Shown here: positions 8,835 through 18,769 of the stretch, piece by piece
Layout of the letters: each line of letters begins with the position of its first letter
Numbering within the stretch: the stretch's first letter is position 1
Origin: an uncultured Lachnospiraceae bacterium
GTDB lineage: Bacteria; Bacillota; Clostridia; Lachnospirales; Lachnospiraceae
Reading direction: 5' to 3'
Length of the DNA stretch: 64,000 bases
NCBI GenBank assembly: GCA_944377385.1
Contig: CALWET010000095.1
Coordinates: 2,683-66,682 of the forward strand
Made by a program: the position numbers and the translations under genes
Notes under the pieces: generated by a model
The model's input: only the letters and a program-made list of their open reading frames with translations
Database searches by the model: none
What the model was told of the DNA's origin: nothing

Positions 8835-10833
8835 TATAATTGACCATGTGGATACGTTAAAGAAGATTCTGATCATATTTTTCACGGCCCTGATCTCAGG
8901 GCTGTTTGCTGTATGTATATATAACTCGGATCTGCTGATCCATCCCGAGAGCAGGGGCAGGACAGAGCTTCAGGCAGACAGCATGCAGGCTTTTGACGGG
9001 ATTGAAAGTCTTGGCTTCAGCTTTGGGTCAGAAGAGCTCTATATCAGAAAGCTTTATATAGGGATAGATAAAGAAGAAGGACAGTTCCCGGTGATAAGAT
9101 TCATACCAGATGGAAAGGGAACGCAGACAGAGGATCCTAATCCCTATAATCTCGATGAAGAGGTGCTGAATATCAGGCGCAGCCTGAATGGCTTTACACT
9201 TGAGGCTGATAACTGTTCCGTGCTTTATGTAACAGTGGTAAATGAGTTCCTGTTCGATCCCTATGTGTTTGCATTCGGCTTTTTCAGCATCCTTGCACTC
9301 ATGTCTCTTTTGTTATTTGGAAAGAGGATGCATGGAAGGCCCCAGCTCGTCTTTCTGATCATAGGCCTTTGCATGGGCTGTCTTATGTGCTTTTCCATAC
9401 CCAGGGACAAGGTGGGGTATGATGAGGAAGAGCACTTAAAGGCCATACTCGACATGGCTGCATATCCTGAGGGAAAGCTTTACCTTTCTGACGCCATATA
9501 TGACCAGCTCTCTGTTTCCGTAAAGAGCAGCTCTGCTCTGATTCCCGGAAGCTATGAAGAGACCAGAGGACTGGATGAATATTTGTCCATAGAGGGAGAC
9601 TATGTATCGGGAGCGCATGTATTTGAGTATGATATGCTGAAAAACAGGGCTCCGGCATATGCTGCCATGGCGCTTTCGATGAAGCTTGGCATGCTCCTTA
9701 GCCTTTCCTGGCCGGCAGTCATAATTATGACCAGGCTGGCAAATCTGCTGAGCTTCCTGATCCTGATGTATATGGCCATAAAAAAGGCTCCCATGGGAAA
9801 GTGGCTGCTTCTTCTTATAGGCCTTTTCCCTCAGAACATATTTATGGCATCCACGCTTTCCTATGACCCCTTTGTGACAGGCTGCCTGCTGCTTGGATCT
9901 TCATATATGCTGTGTTTCTTCATGGATATTGAAAATAAGAGCAGTTTACATGGTCCGGATCCGGAAGGGATCGAGGATCATGTCAAGCCTCGCACCTCCG
10001 CTCTTTGGTCATTTTTTTGGATGAGTCTGTTTTTCCTTCTGGGCTGCCTGCCAAAGGCTGTTTATTCTCCCATGGTATTGATGCCCTATGCTGGCCTGGC
10101 CGCGCTTTTAACAGGCTCAAAGGGACAGGATGAAGGGGGCCTTGGAGGTCCTCACAAGCTTTTGCACAGCAGAAGCTGGATCTATCTGCTGCTTCCATCC
10201 CTGCTTTTTATCGGGCTCTTGGCATCCTTTATACTGCCTACGGTGATCTCGCCTTCAAGCACGGGCGATATAAGAGGCGGGGCGACCTCAGAGGTATCAC
10301 AGGTGGACTATATACTGGGAGCACCCCTGAGCTATGCCTGGCTTTTGATCCGGCAGATGATCAGCTGGATACCTCAGTGCTTTATCGGTCCGGACTGTAC
10401 TACCTTTATGGGAGCACTGGTGAGCGGCATATCTGACTTCAGGGGCTTTTACATATTTTATTTCCTGCTGATCATATTCCTTTGCGTCACGGAGCAGCGG
10501 TTCAGTCCGGGAAAGCAGTCCCTGAGACCCGGGCAAAAGCTATGGATCTTTCTTATGATCGGAGCCTGCAGCGTTCTGATATGGACATCCATGTATGTGG
10601 CCTTTACGGTCCCTGGCTCTGACAGCATAGCCGGAGTGCAGGGGAGGTATTTCATACCTCTTATGTTTCCTCTTTACCTGCTCTTTTATCCATCTGCCAA
10701 GGGAGGGATGACTGAGAAAACGGCAAAGCTTGAAAGGCCTATTGCCATATGGTATTATTTTATGATGATCATGTCGCTTCTGCTCCTGTCAGCTTCCATA
10801 TGGACAGGGATCACGGCACGTTGCTGCCTGTAA
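8821..10833 (+). CDS. large polytopic membrane protein, DUF2142-like (GT-C type glycosyltransferase candidate)
   Basis: 670 aa with more than 10 predicted TM helices. It starts at TTG 8821 (or GTG 8848). The loop motif GYDEEEH after TM2 recalls the DE..H motif of DUF2142. It lies next to rfbC and a Wzm-type permease. Confidence 0.5.
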   Translation: MTLSDIIDHVDTLKKILIIFFTALISGLFAVCIYNSDLLIHPESRGRTELQADSMQAFDGIESLGFSFGSEELYIRKLYIGIDKEEGQFPVIRFIPDGKGTQTEDPNPYNLDEEVLNIRRSLNGFTLEADNCSVLYVTVVNEFLFDPYVFAFGFFSILALMSLLLFGKRMHGRPQLVFLIIGLCMGCLMCFSIPRDKVGYDEEEHLKAILDMAAYPEGKLYLSDAIYDQLSVSVKSSSALIPGSYEETRGLDEYLSIEGDYVSGAHVFEYDMLKNRAPAYAAMALSMKLGMLLSLSWPAVIIMTRLANLLSFLILMYMAIKKAPMGKWLLLLIGLFPQNIFMASTLSYDPFVTGCLLLGSSYMLCFFMDIENKSSLHGPDPEGIEDHVKPRTSALWSFFWMSLFFLLGCLPKAVYSPMVLMPYAGLAALLTGSKGQDEGGLGGPHKLLHSRSWIYLLLPSLLFIGLLASFILPTVISPSSTGDIRGGATSEVSQVDYILGAPLSYAWLLIRQMISWIPQCFIGPDCTTFMGALVSGISDFRGFYIFYFLLIIFLCVTEQRFSPGKQSLRPGQKLWIFLMIGACSVLIWTSMYVAFTVPGSDSIAGVQGRYFIPLMFPLYLLFYPSAKGGMTEKTAKLERPIAIWYYFMMIMSLLLLSASIWTGITARCCL

Positions 10834-10897
10834 GCGCTTGCATCAAATGCAGATATACGGATAAGTTCCGTTTAACATAAAAATTTGGAGGCGAAAA

Positions 10898-11473
10898 ATG
10901 GGAAAGATAAAGGTAACTCCCTGTAAAAAGGATGGAAAGGTGATTTCCGGGCTTTATATAGTTGAACCCACTGTCTTTACGGACGAGAGAGGCTACTTCA
11001 TGGAGGTCTACAACAAAAAGGATTTTGAAGAAGCCGGTCTCTGCATGGATTTTGTTCAGGACAATCAGTCCTGTTCGGTAAAGGGAGTGCTGAGGGGCCT
11101 GCATTATCAAAAGCAGTATCCCCAGGGTAAGCTGGTAAGGGCACTTAAAGGGAGAGTTTTTGATGTGGCAGTGGACCTGAGGCGTCATTCCCAGACCTAT
11201 GGAATGTGGTATGGCGTGGAGCTGAGTGAGGAAAACAAAAAGCAGTTCTATATTCCCGAGGGCTTTGCTCACGGCTTCCTCGTGCTTTCAGATGTAGCTG
11301 AGTTTTCTTATAAGTGCACCGATTTCTATCATCCCGGTGATGAGGGAGGGCTTATCTATAATGACAGTGAGATCGGAGTAGAGTGGCCCATAGAGGCTGG
11401 GATGGAGCTCATAATGTCCGAAAAGGATAAAAAGTGGGGAAAGCTCTCAGAGACCTTCAGCTTTGAATTTTAA
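10898..11473 (+). CDS. rfbC: dTDP-4-dehydrorhamnose 3,5-epimerase
   Basis: 191 aa. RmlC-diagnostic motifs are present: FTDERGYFMEVYN, QDNQSCSVKGVLRGLHYQ, GKLVR...G.VFDVAVDLR and IPEGFAHGF. A GGAGG RBS lies upstream. Confidence 0.92.
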   Translation: MGKIKVTPCKKDGKVISGLYIVEPTVFTDERGYFMEVYNKKDFEEAGLCMDFVQDNQSCSVKGVLRGLHYQKQYPQGKLVRALKGRVFDVAVDLRRHSQTYGMWYGVELSEENKKQFYIPEGFAHGFLVLSDVAEFSYKCTDFYHPGDEGGLIYNDSEIGVEWPIEAGMELIMSEKDKKWGKLSETFSFEF

Positions 11474-11488
11474 AGGAAGGCGCCGATC

Positions 11489-12298
11489 ATGCATCTTACT
11501 TTGAAGCTCGTAAGAGAGATCATATCAGGAAGGAAGCTTATATTGGAGCTTGCAAAGGCTGATTTCAGGAAGCGCTTTGTAGGTTCCTATTTTGGAATCA
11601 TCTGGATGTTCATACAGCCAGTGGCAACGGTCCTGGTCTATTTTTTCGTTTTTCAGCTGGGAATGAAGGCCACGCCTCCGGTACCCGAGCCCTATGTGAT
11701 ATGGCTGATACCCGGAATAATCCCATGGTTCTTTTTTACTGATACCATATCCGGGATAACGGGCTGCATGCAGGAATACAGCTATCTAGTTAAAAAGATG
11801 GCCTTTCCTGTGGAGCTGCTTCCTGCCATCAAGCTTTTGTCCTGCCTTTTTGTGCATCTTTGCTTTATTGTCATCATGATGGCAGTGTTTTTGTTCAGCG
11901 GAAAGCTTCCGCAGCCAAGCTGGATCCAGATCATATACTATTCCTTTGCGGCAGGGATGCTGACTCTCGGGCTGGGATATTTCACCAGCTCCGTGAATGT
12001 CTTTTTCAAGGATATGTCTCAGATAGTCAGCATAGCCCTGCAATTCGGCATGTGGCTCGTTCCCATCATGTACTGGGAGGGGATGTTTACTGTGGACCAT
12101 CCATGGATGGAGATACTATTCAAGCTGAACCCCTTTTATTATATCGTTACAGGCTACAGGGACAGCATGCTGACAGGAGCGGCTTTCTTTCAGAGGCCCA
12201 TGAATACTCTTTATTTCTGGTGCTTTACCATTGCCGTATTCTATCTTGGACTCAAGATATTCGTCAGGCTGAGGCCGCATTTTTCTGATGTGCTGTAA
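11489..12298 (+). CDS. ABC-2 type polysaccharide/teichoic-acid export permease (Wzm/TagG-like)
   Basis: 269 aa with six TM helices. The N-terminal amphipathic segment LAKADFRKRFVGSYFGIIWMFIQP is characteristic of ABC-2 Wzm/TagG permeases. Confidence 0.8.
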   Translation: MHLTLKLVREIISGRKLILELAKADFRKRFVGSYFGIIWMFIQPVATVLVYFFVFQLGMKATPPVPEPYVIWLIPGIIPWFFFTDTISGITGCMQEYSYLVKKMAFPVELLPAIKLLSCLFVHLCFIVIMMAVFLFSGKLPQPSWIQIIYYSFAAGMLTLGLGYFTSSVNVFFKDMSQIVSIALQFGMWLVPIMYWEGMFTVDHPWMEILFKLNPFYYIVTGYRDSMLTGAAFFQRPMNTLYFWCFTIAVFYLGLKIFVRLRPHFSDVL

Positions 12299-12339
12299 GC
12301 ATGGATCAGATTTTACATAAAACATAAGAGAGATTTTAC

Positions 12340-13089
12340 ATGATAAGGCTATTATTGATTGGGATATTTCTTGTACTTTTCCTTTTGCTTTCCTTACCGC
12401 TGCTTATTTATCTCATCCATAAGGAAAAGAAGGAGAGTGGAGCAGCCCTGAAAAAAAGTACTGCCATCGTCAGGTGGGCCTTCCGTGTCATACTGTTCCT
12501 GGCAGGCACTGATATAGAAGCAAGGGGCGAAAAGGAGCTCCCGACAGATGAAGCAGTGCTTTATGTTGGCAATCATCGCTCATACTTTGACATAGTCAGC
12601 ACCTATACCCTTCTCAGGCAGCCAGCAGGCTTTATAGCAAAGAAGGAGATGGAAAGGATACCGATACTGTCAGCCTGGATGTATCGTATCGGATGTCTTA
12701 TGCTTGACAGGAGCGATGCCAAGGAGGGCCTCAAGACTATCCTTACTGCCATAGAACGTATAAAGGGCGGAACATCCATGTTCATATATCCTGAGGGTAC
12801 CAGAAATGAAAATGGGGATCCTCTTTTACTGATGGATTTTCATGAGGGAAGCATGAAGATCGCCCAGAAGGCGGGCTGCCGCATCGTGCCTGTGGCCATA
12901 TACGGAACGGATGACATATTTGAACGACATGTACCATTCATAAGAAAAAAGCATGTGATCATCAGCTTTGGCAAGCCTTTCTATTCAAAGGACATACCTG
13001 AGGAATGTAAAAAAAAGCAGGGGGCCTATGTCAGAGGGCTTATCATTGACATGCTTGAAGAAATAACGGCCGGAGATGACAGGCCGTGA
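12340..13089 (+). CDS. plsC: 1-acyl-sn-glycerol-3-phosphate acyltransferase
   Basis: It has an N-terminal TM anchor, the acyltransferase motif I NHRSYFD (HX4D), motif III YPEGTR and motif IV IVPVAI. Confidence 0.85.
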   Translation: MIRLLLIGIFLVLFLLLSLPLLIYLIHKEKKESGAALKKSTAIVRWAFRVILFLAGTDIEARGEKELPTDEAVLYVGNHRSYFDIVSTYTLLRQPAGFIAKKEMERIPILSAWMYRIGCLMLDRSDAKEGLKTILTAIERIKGGTSMFIYPEGTRNENGDPLLLMDFHEGSMKIAQKAGCRIVPVAIYGTDDIFERHVPFIRKKHVIISFGKPFYSKDIPEECKKKQGAYVRGLIIDMLEEITAGDDRP

Positions 13090-13098
13090 GGTAATACC

Positions 13099-14634
13099 AT
13101 GAGCTATAAACTATTCGGAGCCATATGTCTTGGAAGCGTTGAGCAGGAGCTCAGCATATACGAGATAAGACAGAACGGAAGCATCAGGCCTGTGGAACGG
13201 GCCACCACCGTACTGCCCCTTTCTTCGGACACCTTTGGCAGGGGGAGGATATCCATAGAATCCATGGACGCTCTTTGCGGGATACTGACAAGGTATGCCG
13301 GGGCCCTCAAAACCTATAAGGTCGATGCCTATAAGGCCTATGCCACCGTAGCCATAAGGGAGGCGGAAAACTGTGACATAGTCCTGGACAGGATAAAGGT
13401 AAGGACGGGGCTGAATATAGAGCTCATATCCAATTCTGAGCAGAGATACCTCAATTATAAGGCCCTGGCCTATAATGAAGGGGATTTTACGGAGATCATA
13501 AAGTCTGGGACCCTTATACTGGACACAGGCTATGGAAGCCTGCAGTTTTCCATATTTGATAAGGATGCGCTTATCTCGACCGAAAATATAAATCTTGGCG
13601 CAGCAAAGATCCTTGCGGATCTGAGCAGGGCCCGCATAGCTGACAATCAGATGATAGACAGAGCCGAGGAGATGATAAATTCCGAGCTCATAAATTATAA
13701 AAAGCTTTATTTGAAGGGCTATGACATCGAGTCCATAATCGGGATCGGAGAAAACGTGCTGTACCGATACTGGGCTCAGGAAAGGCCGGAGCTGTTGAAA
13801 ACAGCCGTGCCTGCGGACAGGATAATAGCAGAGTGTGAGTCCATCATATCCATGAAGAGCTCAGAGCTCTCGGAGATCCTGGGCAGGACTCTTACATATT
13901 CAAGGCTGCTTCCCATTGCCGCCATATATTATAAACGCATCATAGAGATCACCGGGGCCAGGAACCTGTATTTTCCATGTACGGACTTTACTGACGGCAT
14001 GGCAGTGGACTATGCGGAAAAGGCCAAGCTCTATAAGGGCGGACATAATTTCGAAAATGACATCATATCTGAATCCAGAAACATGGCAAGGCGGTATCGC
14101 TGCAACACGAGCCACTCCGAGTCAGTGGAGGAGTATGCCCTGCTTATATTTGATGCGATAAAGAAATTCAGCGGTCTTTCAAAGCGTGACAGGCTGCTGC
14201 TGCAGATAGCTGCGATACTTCACGACTGCGGTAAATTCGTAAGCATAAAAAATGTGGATGAGTGCGGATATTTCATAGTTCTCTCCACTGAGATCATAGG
14301 GCTGTCCCATGACGAACGAAAGATGATCGCAGGTGTCATAAGGTTCAGGAGCAGCTCGGCCTTTGATTATGAGCTGGCGGCAAAATCGGGAGATCCAATC
14401 AGGCTTGCAAAGCTGAGTGCCATACTATGTCTGGCAAATGCCCTTGATCGGGGGCATGTGGACAAGCTCAAGGACACCAAAGTCAGTGCAAACGAGAAAA
14501 ACATGGAGCTGTCCATTTTGGCCTCATATAATGGGGATCTGACGCTTGAAAAGCTTTCAGTGGATGAGAATGCAGGGCTTTTTGAAGAGGTTTTCGGCCT
14601 CAGGCCCATATTCAGACAGAAAAAGAGGATCTGA
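13099..14634 (+). CDS. ppx: Ppx/GppA-family exopolyphosphatase with C-terminal HD domain
   Basis: 511 aa. It has an actin-like ATPase fold N-terminus (LDTGYGSLQFSIF) and a C-terminal HD motif IAAILHDCGKF. It lies directly upstream of ppk1 with a 2-nt gap. Confidence 0.8.
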   Translation: MSYKLFGAICLGSVEQELSIYEIRQNGSIRPVERATTVLPLSSDTFGRGRISIESMDALCGILTRYAGALKTYKVDAYKAYATVAIREAENCDIVLDRIKVRTGLNIELISNSEQRYLNYKALAYNEGDFTEIIKSGTLILDTGYGSLQFSIFDKDALISTENINLGAAKILADLSRARIADNQMIDRAEEMINSELINYKKLYLKGYDIESIIGIGENVLYRYWAQERPELLKTAVPADRIIAECESIISMKSSELSEILGRTLTYSRLLPIAAIYYKRIIEITGARNLYFPCTDFTDGMAVDYAEKAKLYKGGHNFENDIISESRNMARRYRCNTSHSESVEEYALLIFDAIKKFSGLSKRDRLLLQIAAILHDCGKFVSIKNVDECGYFIVLSTEIIGLSHDERKMIAGVIRFRSSSAFDYELAAKSGDPIRLAKLSAILCLANALDRGHVDKLKDTKVSANEKNMELSILASYNGDLTLEKLSVDENAGLFEEVFGLRPIFRQKKRI

Positions 14635-14636
14635 TC

Positions 14637-16811
14637 ATGGAAAGATACTATAATAGAGAGCTCAGCTGGCTGCAATTCAATACAAGGATATTGGAGGAGG
14701 CAAGGGACCGTCAAAATCTGTTGTTTGAAAGACTGAAGTTCCTCAGCATAACGGCCTCCAACCTGGATGAGTTCTTCATGGTAAGGGTAGCCTCCCTGAA
14801 GGACATGATCCATGGAGATTATAAAAAAACGGACATAGCAGGCATGACCGCCTCTGAGCAGTTCGATGCCGTGCAGAAAAAGACCCACAGCATGGTGGAG
14901 CAGCAGTACAGCACCTACAAGCGCTCCCTGCTTCGTGATCTTAAAGCAGATGGACTGCTGCTGGTGTCTGACATGTCAGAGCTGAGCGCCTCGGAGCTTG
15001 AATACATAGACAAATATTTCAATGAAAACGTATATCCGGTGCTGACTCCCATGGCCTTCGATTCCTCAAGGCCCTTTCCACTCATACTGAATAAAAGCCT
15101 TAACATTGCTGCCCTGCTAAAAAGCAAGAAGTCCGAGGAGTCGGGCGCTGACAGTATAAAGGCAGAGGGAAAGAAAAAGAAAAAGCGTGAGGAGCTGGAA
15201 TTTGCAATGGTCCAGGTGCCCAAGGTCCTGAAGAGAGTCATCGAGCTTCCGGAAAGAAGGACTGAAAAGGGCAAGACACTCAGGGTGGCAGTGCTGCTTG
15301 AGGATCTGATAGAGTATAACATAGACAGGCTTTTCTCAAATTATGATGTGGTCACCACAGCAGCCTTCCGCATCATGAGGGATGCCGATTTTGAGCTGGA
15401 TGAGGATGAGATCGATGATCTCATGGAGGAGATATCAAAGCAGCTGAAAAAAAGACGCAGAGGAGACGTGATCAGGCTTGAGATCAGCTCCAAAGCGGAT
15501 ATGCGTCTTATAGACGTGCTCAAAAGAGAGCTCTGGATAGAGGAAGAGGATATATATCATATTGATGGGCCCCTGGATCTGACCTTTCTGATGGCTGTAT
15601 ATTCACTTCCGGGATTTGAACATCTGAAGGACAGGAGCTACAGGCCGGCACGTATACCTGAGCTTATGAACGACGATGATATTTTTGAAAATATCAGCCG
15701 CAGGGACATATTCCTTCATCATCCTTATGAGAGCTTTGATCCGGTGGTGGATTTTGTCAGATCAGCCGCAGAGGATGAGCGGGTTCTGGCCATCAAGCAG
15801 ACACTGTACAGGGTAAGCTCTACCTCGCCCATCATTGCCGCACTGGAAACTGCCGCCTCAAATGGGAAACAGGTCACTGTGCTGGTGGAGCTCAAGGCCA
15901 GGTTCGATGAGGAAAACAATATCCTGTGGGCAAAGAGACTGGAAAAAGCAGGCTGTCATGTTATATATGGGCTGAAGGGATTAAAGACACATTCCAAGAT
16001 CACCCTTGTCGTGCGCAGGGAGGATGATGGTATCAAAAGATATGTCCATCTTGGCACGGGAAATTACAACGATTCCACGGCCAAGCTCTATACGGACTGC
16101 GGGATAATGACGGCAGATCCACGTATAGGCGAGGATGCCACGGCCGTATTCAACATGCTTTCAGGCTATTCAGAGCCTGAGCATTGGAATGAGCTGGTGC
16201 TTGCTCCCATATGGCTCAGGAAATGGCTTTTAAAGAGGATAGCCAGGGAAGCGGAGTTTGCAAGAGAGGGAAAAGCAGCCTCCATCACTGCAAAGATGAA
16301 TTCCCTTTGTGACAAGGAGATAATAGACGCCCTTTACGATGCTTCGGCAGCGGGAGTAAAGATCGAGCTGATCATAAGAGGCATATGCTGCCTCAGGGCC
16401 GGAGTGCCGGGCCTTTCGGACAATATAAGCGTTCATTCCATAGTCGGCAGATATCTTGAGCATGCGAGGATACTGCGCTTTGAAAACGGAGGGGATCCTC
16501 TTTATTATATGGGATCTGCCGATTGGATGCCGAGAAATCTGGATCGCAGGGTCGAGATAGTCTTTCCCCTCATATCCAGGGAGAACCAGGTGGCAGCCCA
16601 GCATATACTGGACATCCAGCTTTCGGACAATCTAAAAGCACATATAATGCAGCCTGACGGAAGCTATGAAAAGGCGGATCTGCGAGGCAAAAAGAAGATA
16701 TGTGCCCAGCAGATATTCATGGAAGAGGCGACTGAAAGGGAAAGCAGATACATCAAGGAAAAGAGCGGCGAGGGAAAGCGCGTGTTTATCCCGATGGAAG
16801 CTGAAAAATAG
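14637..16811 (+). CDS. ppk1: polyphosphate kinase 1
   Basis: 724 aa. It has the N-terminal YYNRELSWLQFNTRILEEA motif, two PLD-like C-terminal domains (LKTHSKITLV and GSADWMPRNLDRRVE) and the RYLEHARI motif. Confidence 0.95.
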   Translation: MERYYNRELSWLQFNTRILEEARDRQNLLFERLKFLSITASNLDEFFMVRVASLKDMIHGDYKKTDIAGMTASEQFDAVQKKTHSMVEQQYSTYKRSLLRDLKADGLLLVSDMSELSASELEYIDKYFNENVYPVLTPMAFDSSRPFPLILNKSLNIAALLKSKKSEESGADSIKAEGKKKKKREELEFAMVQVPKVLKRVIELPERRTEKGKTLRVAVLLEDLIEYNIDRLFSNYDVVTTAAFRIMRDADFELDEDEIDDLMEEISKQLKKRRRGDVIRLEISSKADMRLIDVLKRELWIEEEDIYHIDGPLDLTFLMAVYSLPGFEHLKDRSYRPARIPELMNDDDIFENISRRDIFLHHPYESFDPVVDFVRSAAEDERVLAIKQTLYRVSSTSPIIAALETAASNGKQVTVLVELKARFDEENNILWAKRLEKAGCHVIYGLKGLKTHSKITLVVRREDDGIKRYVHLGTGNYNDSTAKLYTDCGIMTADPRIGEDATAVFNMLSGYSEPEHWNELVLAPIWLRKWLLKRIAREAEFAREGKAASITAKMNSLCDKEIIDALYDASAAGVKIELIIRGICCLRAGVPGLSDNISVHSIVGRYLEHARILRFENGGDPLYYMGSADWMPRNLDRRVEIVFPLISRENQVAAQHILDIQLSDNLKAHIMQPDGSYEKADLRGKKKICAQQIFMEEATERESRYIKEKSGEGKRVFIPMEAEK

Positions 16812-16938
16812 ATCCGTAGTTTATCCGTGAAATTTCATCTATTTTTAATAAGCATGAAAGAAATTTGCCTTACAGGTCGTATATAATGTATAATAATGTA
16901 GATCAAATGGACAGATTTCGTTCAGAAAGGGGAATGCT

Positions 16939-17643
16939 ATGGCGGATATAAACATTCTCGTGGTAGATGATGAAAAGGAGATAGCTGACCTGGTGGAGAT
17001 ATACCTGGTCTCGGATGGATATAAGGTTTTCAAGGCCCAGGATGCTGAGGAGGGCCTCAGGATACTTGAGGAGGAGAATATACATTTGGTGCTGCTTGAC
17101 ATTATGATGCCTGGTATGGATGGCATACAGATGTGCAGAAAGATCAGAGAAAGATCCAATATCCCCATAATCATGCTTTCGGCAAAGAGCTCAGATCTCG
17201 ACAAGATCATGGGGCTTGGAACAGGGGCTGATGACTATGTGACAAAGCCCTTTAATCCTCTGGAGCTTACTGCCAGGGTCAAGTCACAGCTGAGACGCTA
17301 TACCCAGCTCAATCCAAACAACAATCTTGGCGAAAAGGATACAAATGAGATAACCATCAGGGGCATGACCATCAACAAGGACAATCACAAGGTCACCATA
17401 GATGGTGAGGAGATCAAGCTCACTCCTATCGAATTTGATATACTGTATCTTTTGTCCTCGAATCAGGGCAAGGTATTTACGACGGACGAGATCTTTGAGC
17501 GTGTATGGAACGAAAAGGTCTATGAAGCCAACAATACGGTCATGGTCCATATCAGAAGGCTCAGAGGAAAGATGAAGGAGGACCAGCGCCAGGACAAGCT
17601 CATAACCACGGTATGGGGCGTAGGTTATAAGATTGAGAAATAA
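16939..17643 (+). CDS. OmpR/VanR-type response regulator
   Basis: The receiver domain shows ILVVDDE ... LLDIMMPGMDG ... SAKSSDLDK..GLGTGADDYVTKPF. The winged-helix output shows LTPIEFDILYLL ... VWGVGYK. Confidence 0.9.
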   Translation: MADINILVVDDEKEIADLVEIYLVSDGYKVFKAQDAEEGLRILEEENIHLVLLDIMMPGMDGIQMCRKIRERSNIPIIMLSAKSSDLDKIMGLGTGADDYVTKPFNPLELTARVKSQLRRYTQLNPNNNLGEKDTNEITIRGMTINKDNHKVTIDGEEIKLTPIEFDILYLLSSNQGKVFTTDEIFERVWNEKVYEANNTVMVHIRRLRGKMKEDQRQDKLITTVWGVGYKIEK

Positions 17644-18769
17644 TGACATAACCAAGCGCTATCGTACGCGCTTTATACTGAATATCGTGATCGCGGCCTT
17701 TGCCGTATGCATTATAGAGGGCTTGCTCATATTGAATATGGGCAGGCTTATTGGAGTTATAATGGGCTTTTCTGCTGATGAGGCAGAGGCCTATGCCCAT
17801 TCATCGGCTGCCATATTTGTTTATATACTCAGTGCTGTCATCATATTTGCAGTGATCTTCTATATGCTTCAGAGCAGGGCTCTGAGATATATAAACAGGC
17901 TGTCTGAGGGTATAGCTGCCATAGCAGAAGGTGATCTGGATTCCAGGATAAGCGTGGAGGGAGACGATGAGTTTTCCGAAATGGCGGAAAACATAAATAA
18001 GATGGCAGGGGATCTGAAGGAGCTGCTGCGTTCAGAAAGGGAGGCAGAGCAGAGCAAAACAGACCTTATAACGAACATAGCCCATGATCTTAAAACACCG
18101 CTGACTTCAATCATCGGTTATCTTGAGCTTTTGACAGATGGCAAGGTAAGCATGAGCCAAAAAAAAAAAAAAAAGTATCTCAGGATAGCCTATTCAAAGT
18201 CCAGGAGGCTTGAACAGCTTATCACGGATCTGTTCAGCTTTACAAAGCTTAGCTATGGCAAGATAACCATGAAGGTGGGCTATGTGGATATAGTAAAGCT
18301 GCTTTCTCAGCTTTTGGAGGAGTTTTACCCGAATTTTTCCGAGGCAGGGCTTTCATATGAGCTCAGGAGCAACATGGACACACTGGAGATAGCGGCTGAC
18401 GGGAGCCTTATAGCCCGGGTGTTTGAAAATCTGATAGGAAATGCCATCAAATATGGAGCAGAGGGGAAAAGGGTCATAGTCAGGATCAATGGAGAGCCTG
18501 AGAATGATCTTGTAGAGATAAAGGTCATCAATTTTGGCTATATAATCCCTGAAAAGGATCTGCCCCTGATCTTTGAAAAGTTTTACAGAGTGGACCAGTC
18601 CAGATCCACAAAGACCGGAGGCACGGGACTTGGCCTTGCCATAGCAAAAGAGATAGTGGAGATGCATGGAGGGAGCATAAGTGCTTCATCAGGGCTTTCA
18701 GGCACTGTATTTACTGTCAGGCTGAAGATACATTTCAATAAAGAACTTGAAAATTTTAAAAGAGCATAA
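17633..18769 (+). CDS. VanS-like sensor histidine kinase
   Basis: The TTG start overlaps the regulator stop. It has two TM helices, a HAMP-like segment (RLSEGIAAIAEGDLD), an H-box IAHDLKTPLTSIIGYLELL, an N-box GNAIKYG and G-boxes GTGLGLAIAKEIVEMHGG. Confidence 0.85.
   Translation: MRNNDITKRYRTRFILNIVIAAFAVCIIEGLLILNMGRLIGVIMGFSADEAEAYAHSSAAIFVYILSAVIIFAVIFYMLQSRALRYINRLSEGIAAIAEGDLDSRISVEGDDEFSEMAENINKMAGDLKELLRSEREAEQSKTDLITNIAHDLKTPLTSIIGYLELLTDGKVSMSQKKKKKYLRIAYSKSRRLEQLITDLFSFTKLSYGKITMKVGYVDIVKLLSQLLEEFYPNFSEAGLSYELRSNMDTLEIAADGSLIARVFENLIGNAIKYGAEGKRVIVRINGEPENDLVEIKVINFGYIIPEKDLPLIFEKFYRVDQSRSTKTGGTGLGLAIAKEIVEMHGGSISASSGLSGTVFTVRLKIHFNKELENFKRA
18159..18174 (+). repeat. 16-nt poly(A) homopolymer inside the kinase coding sequence
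   Basis: Counted directly: A at 18159-18174, encoding Q-K-K-K-K-K, 25 codons downstream of the phospho-accepting His codon. Confidence 0.95.

Noticed and set aside
13099-16811. ppx-ppk1 pair as something unusual.
   Set aside because: The adjacent, co-directional ppx and ppk1 with an HD-domain Ppx is a common, well-described arrangement.
16862-16905. Repeated TATAAT-like motifs (GTATATAATGTATAATAATGTA) upstream of the VanR-like regulator as an autoregulatory operator.
   Set aside because: The region is AT-rich and promoter-like, and the repeats are short enough to arise by chance. I have no consensus for this regulator to compare against.
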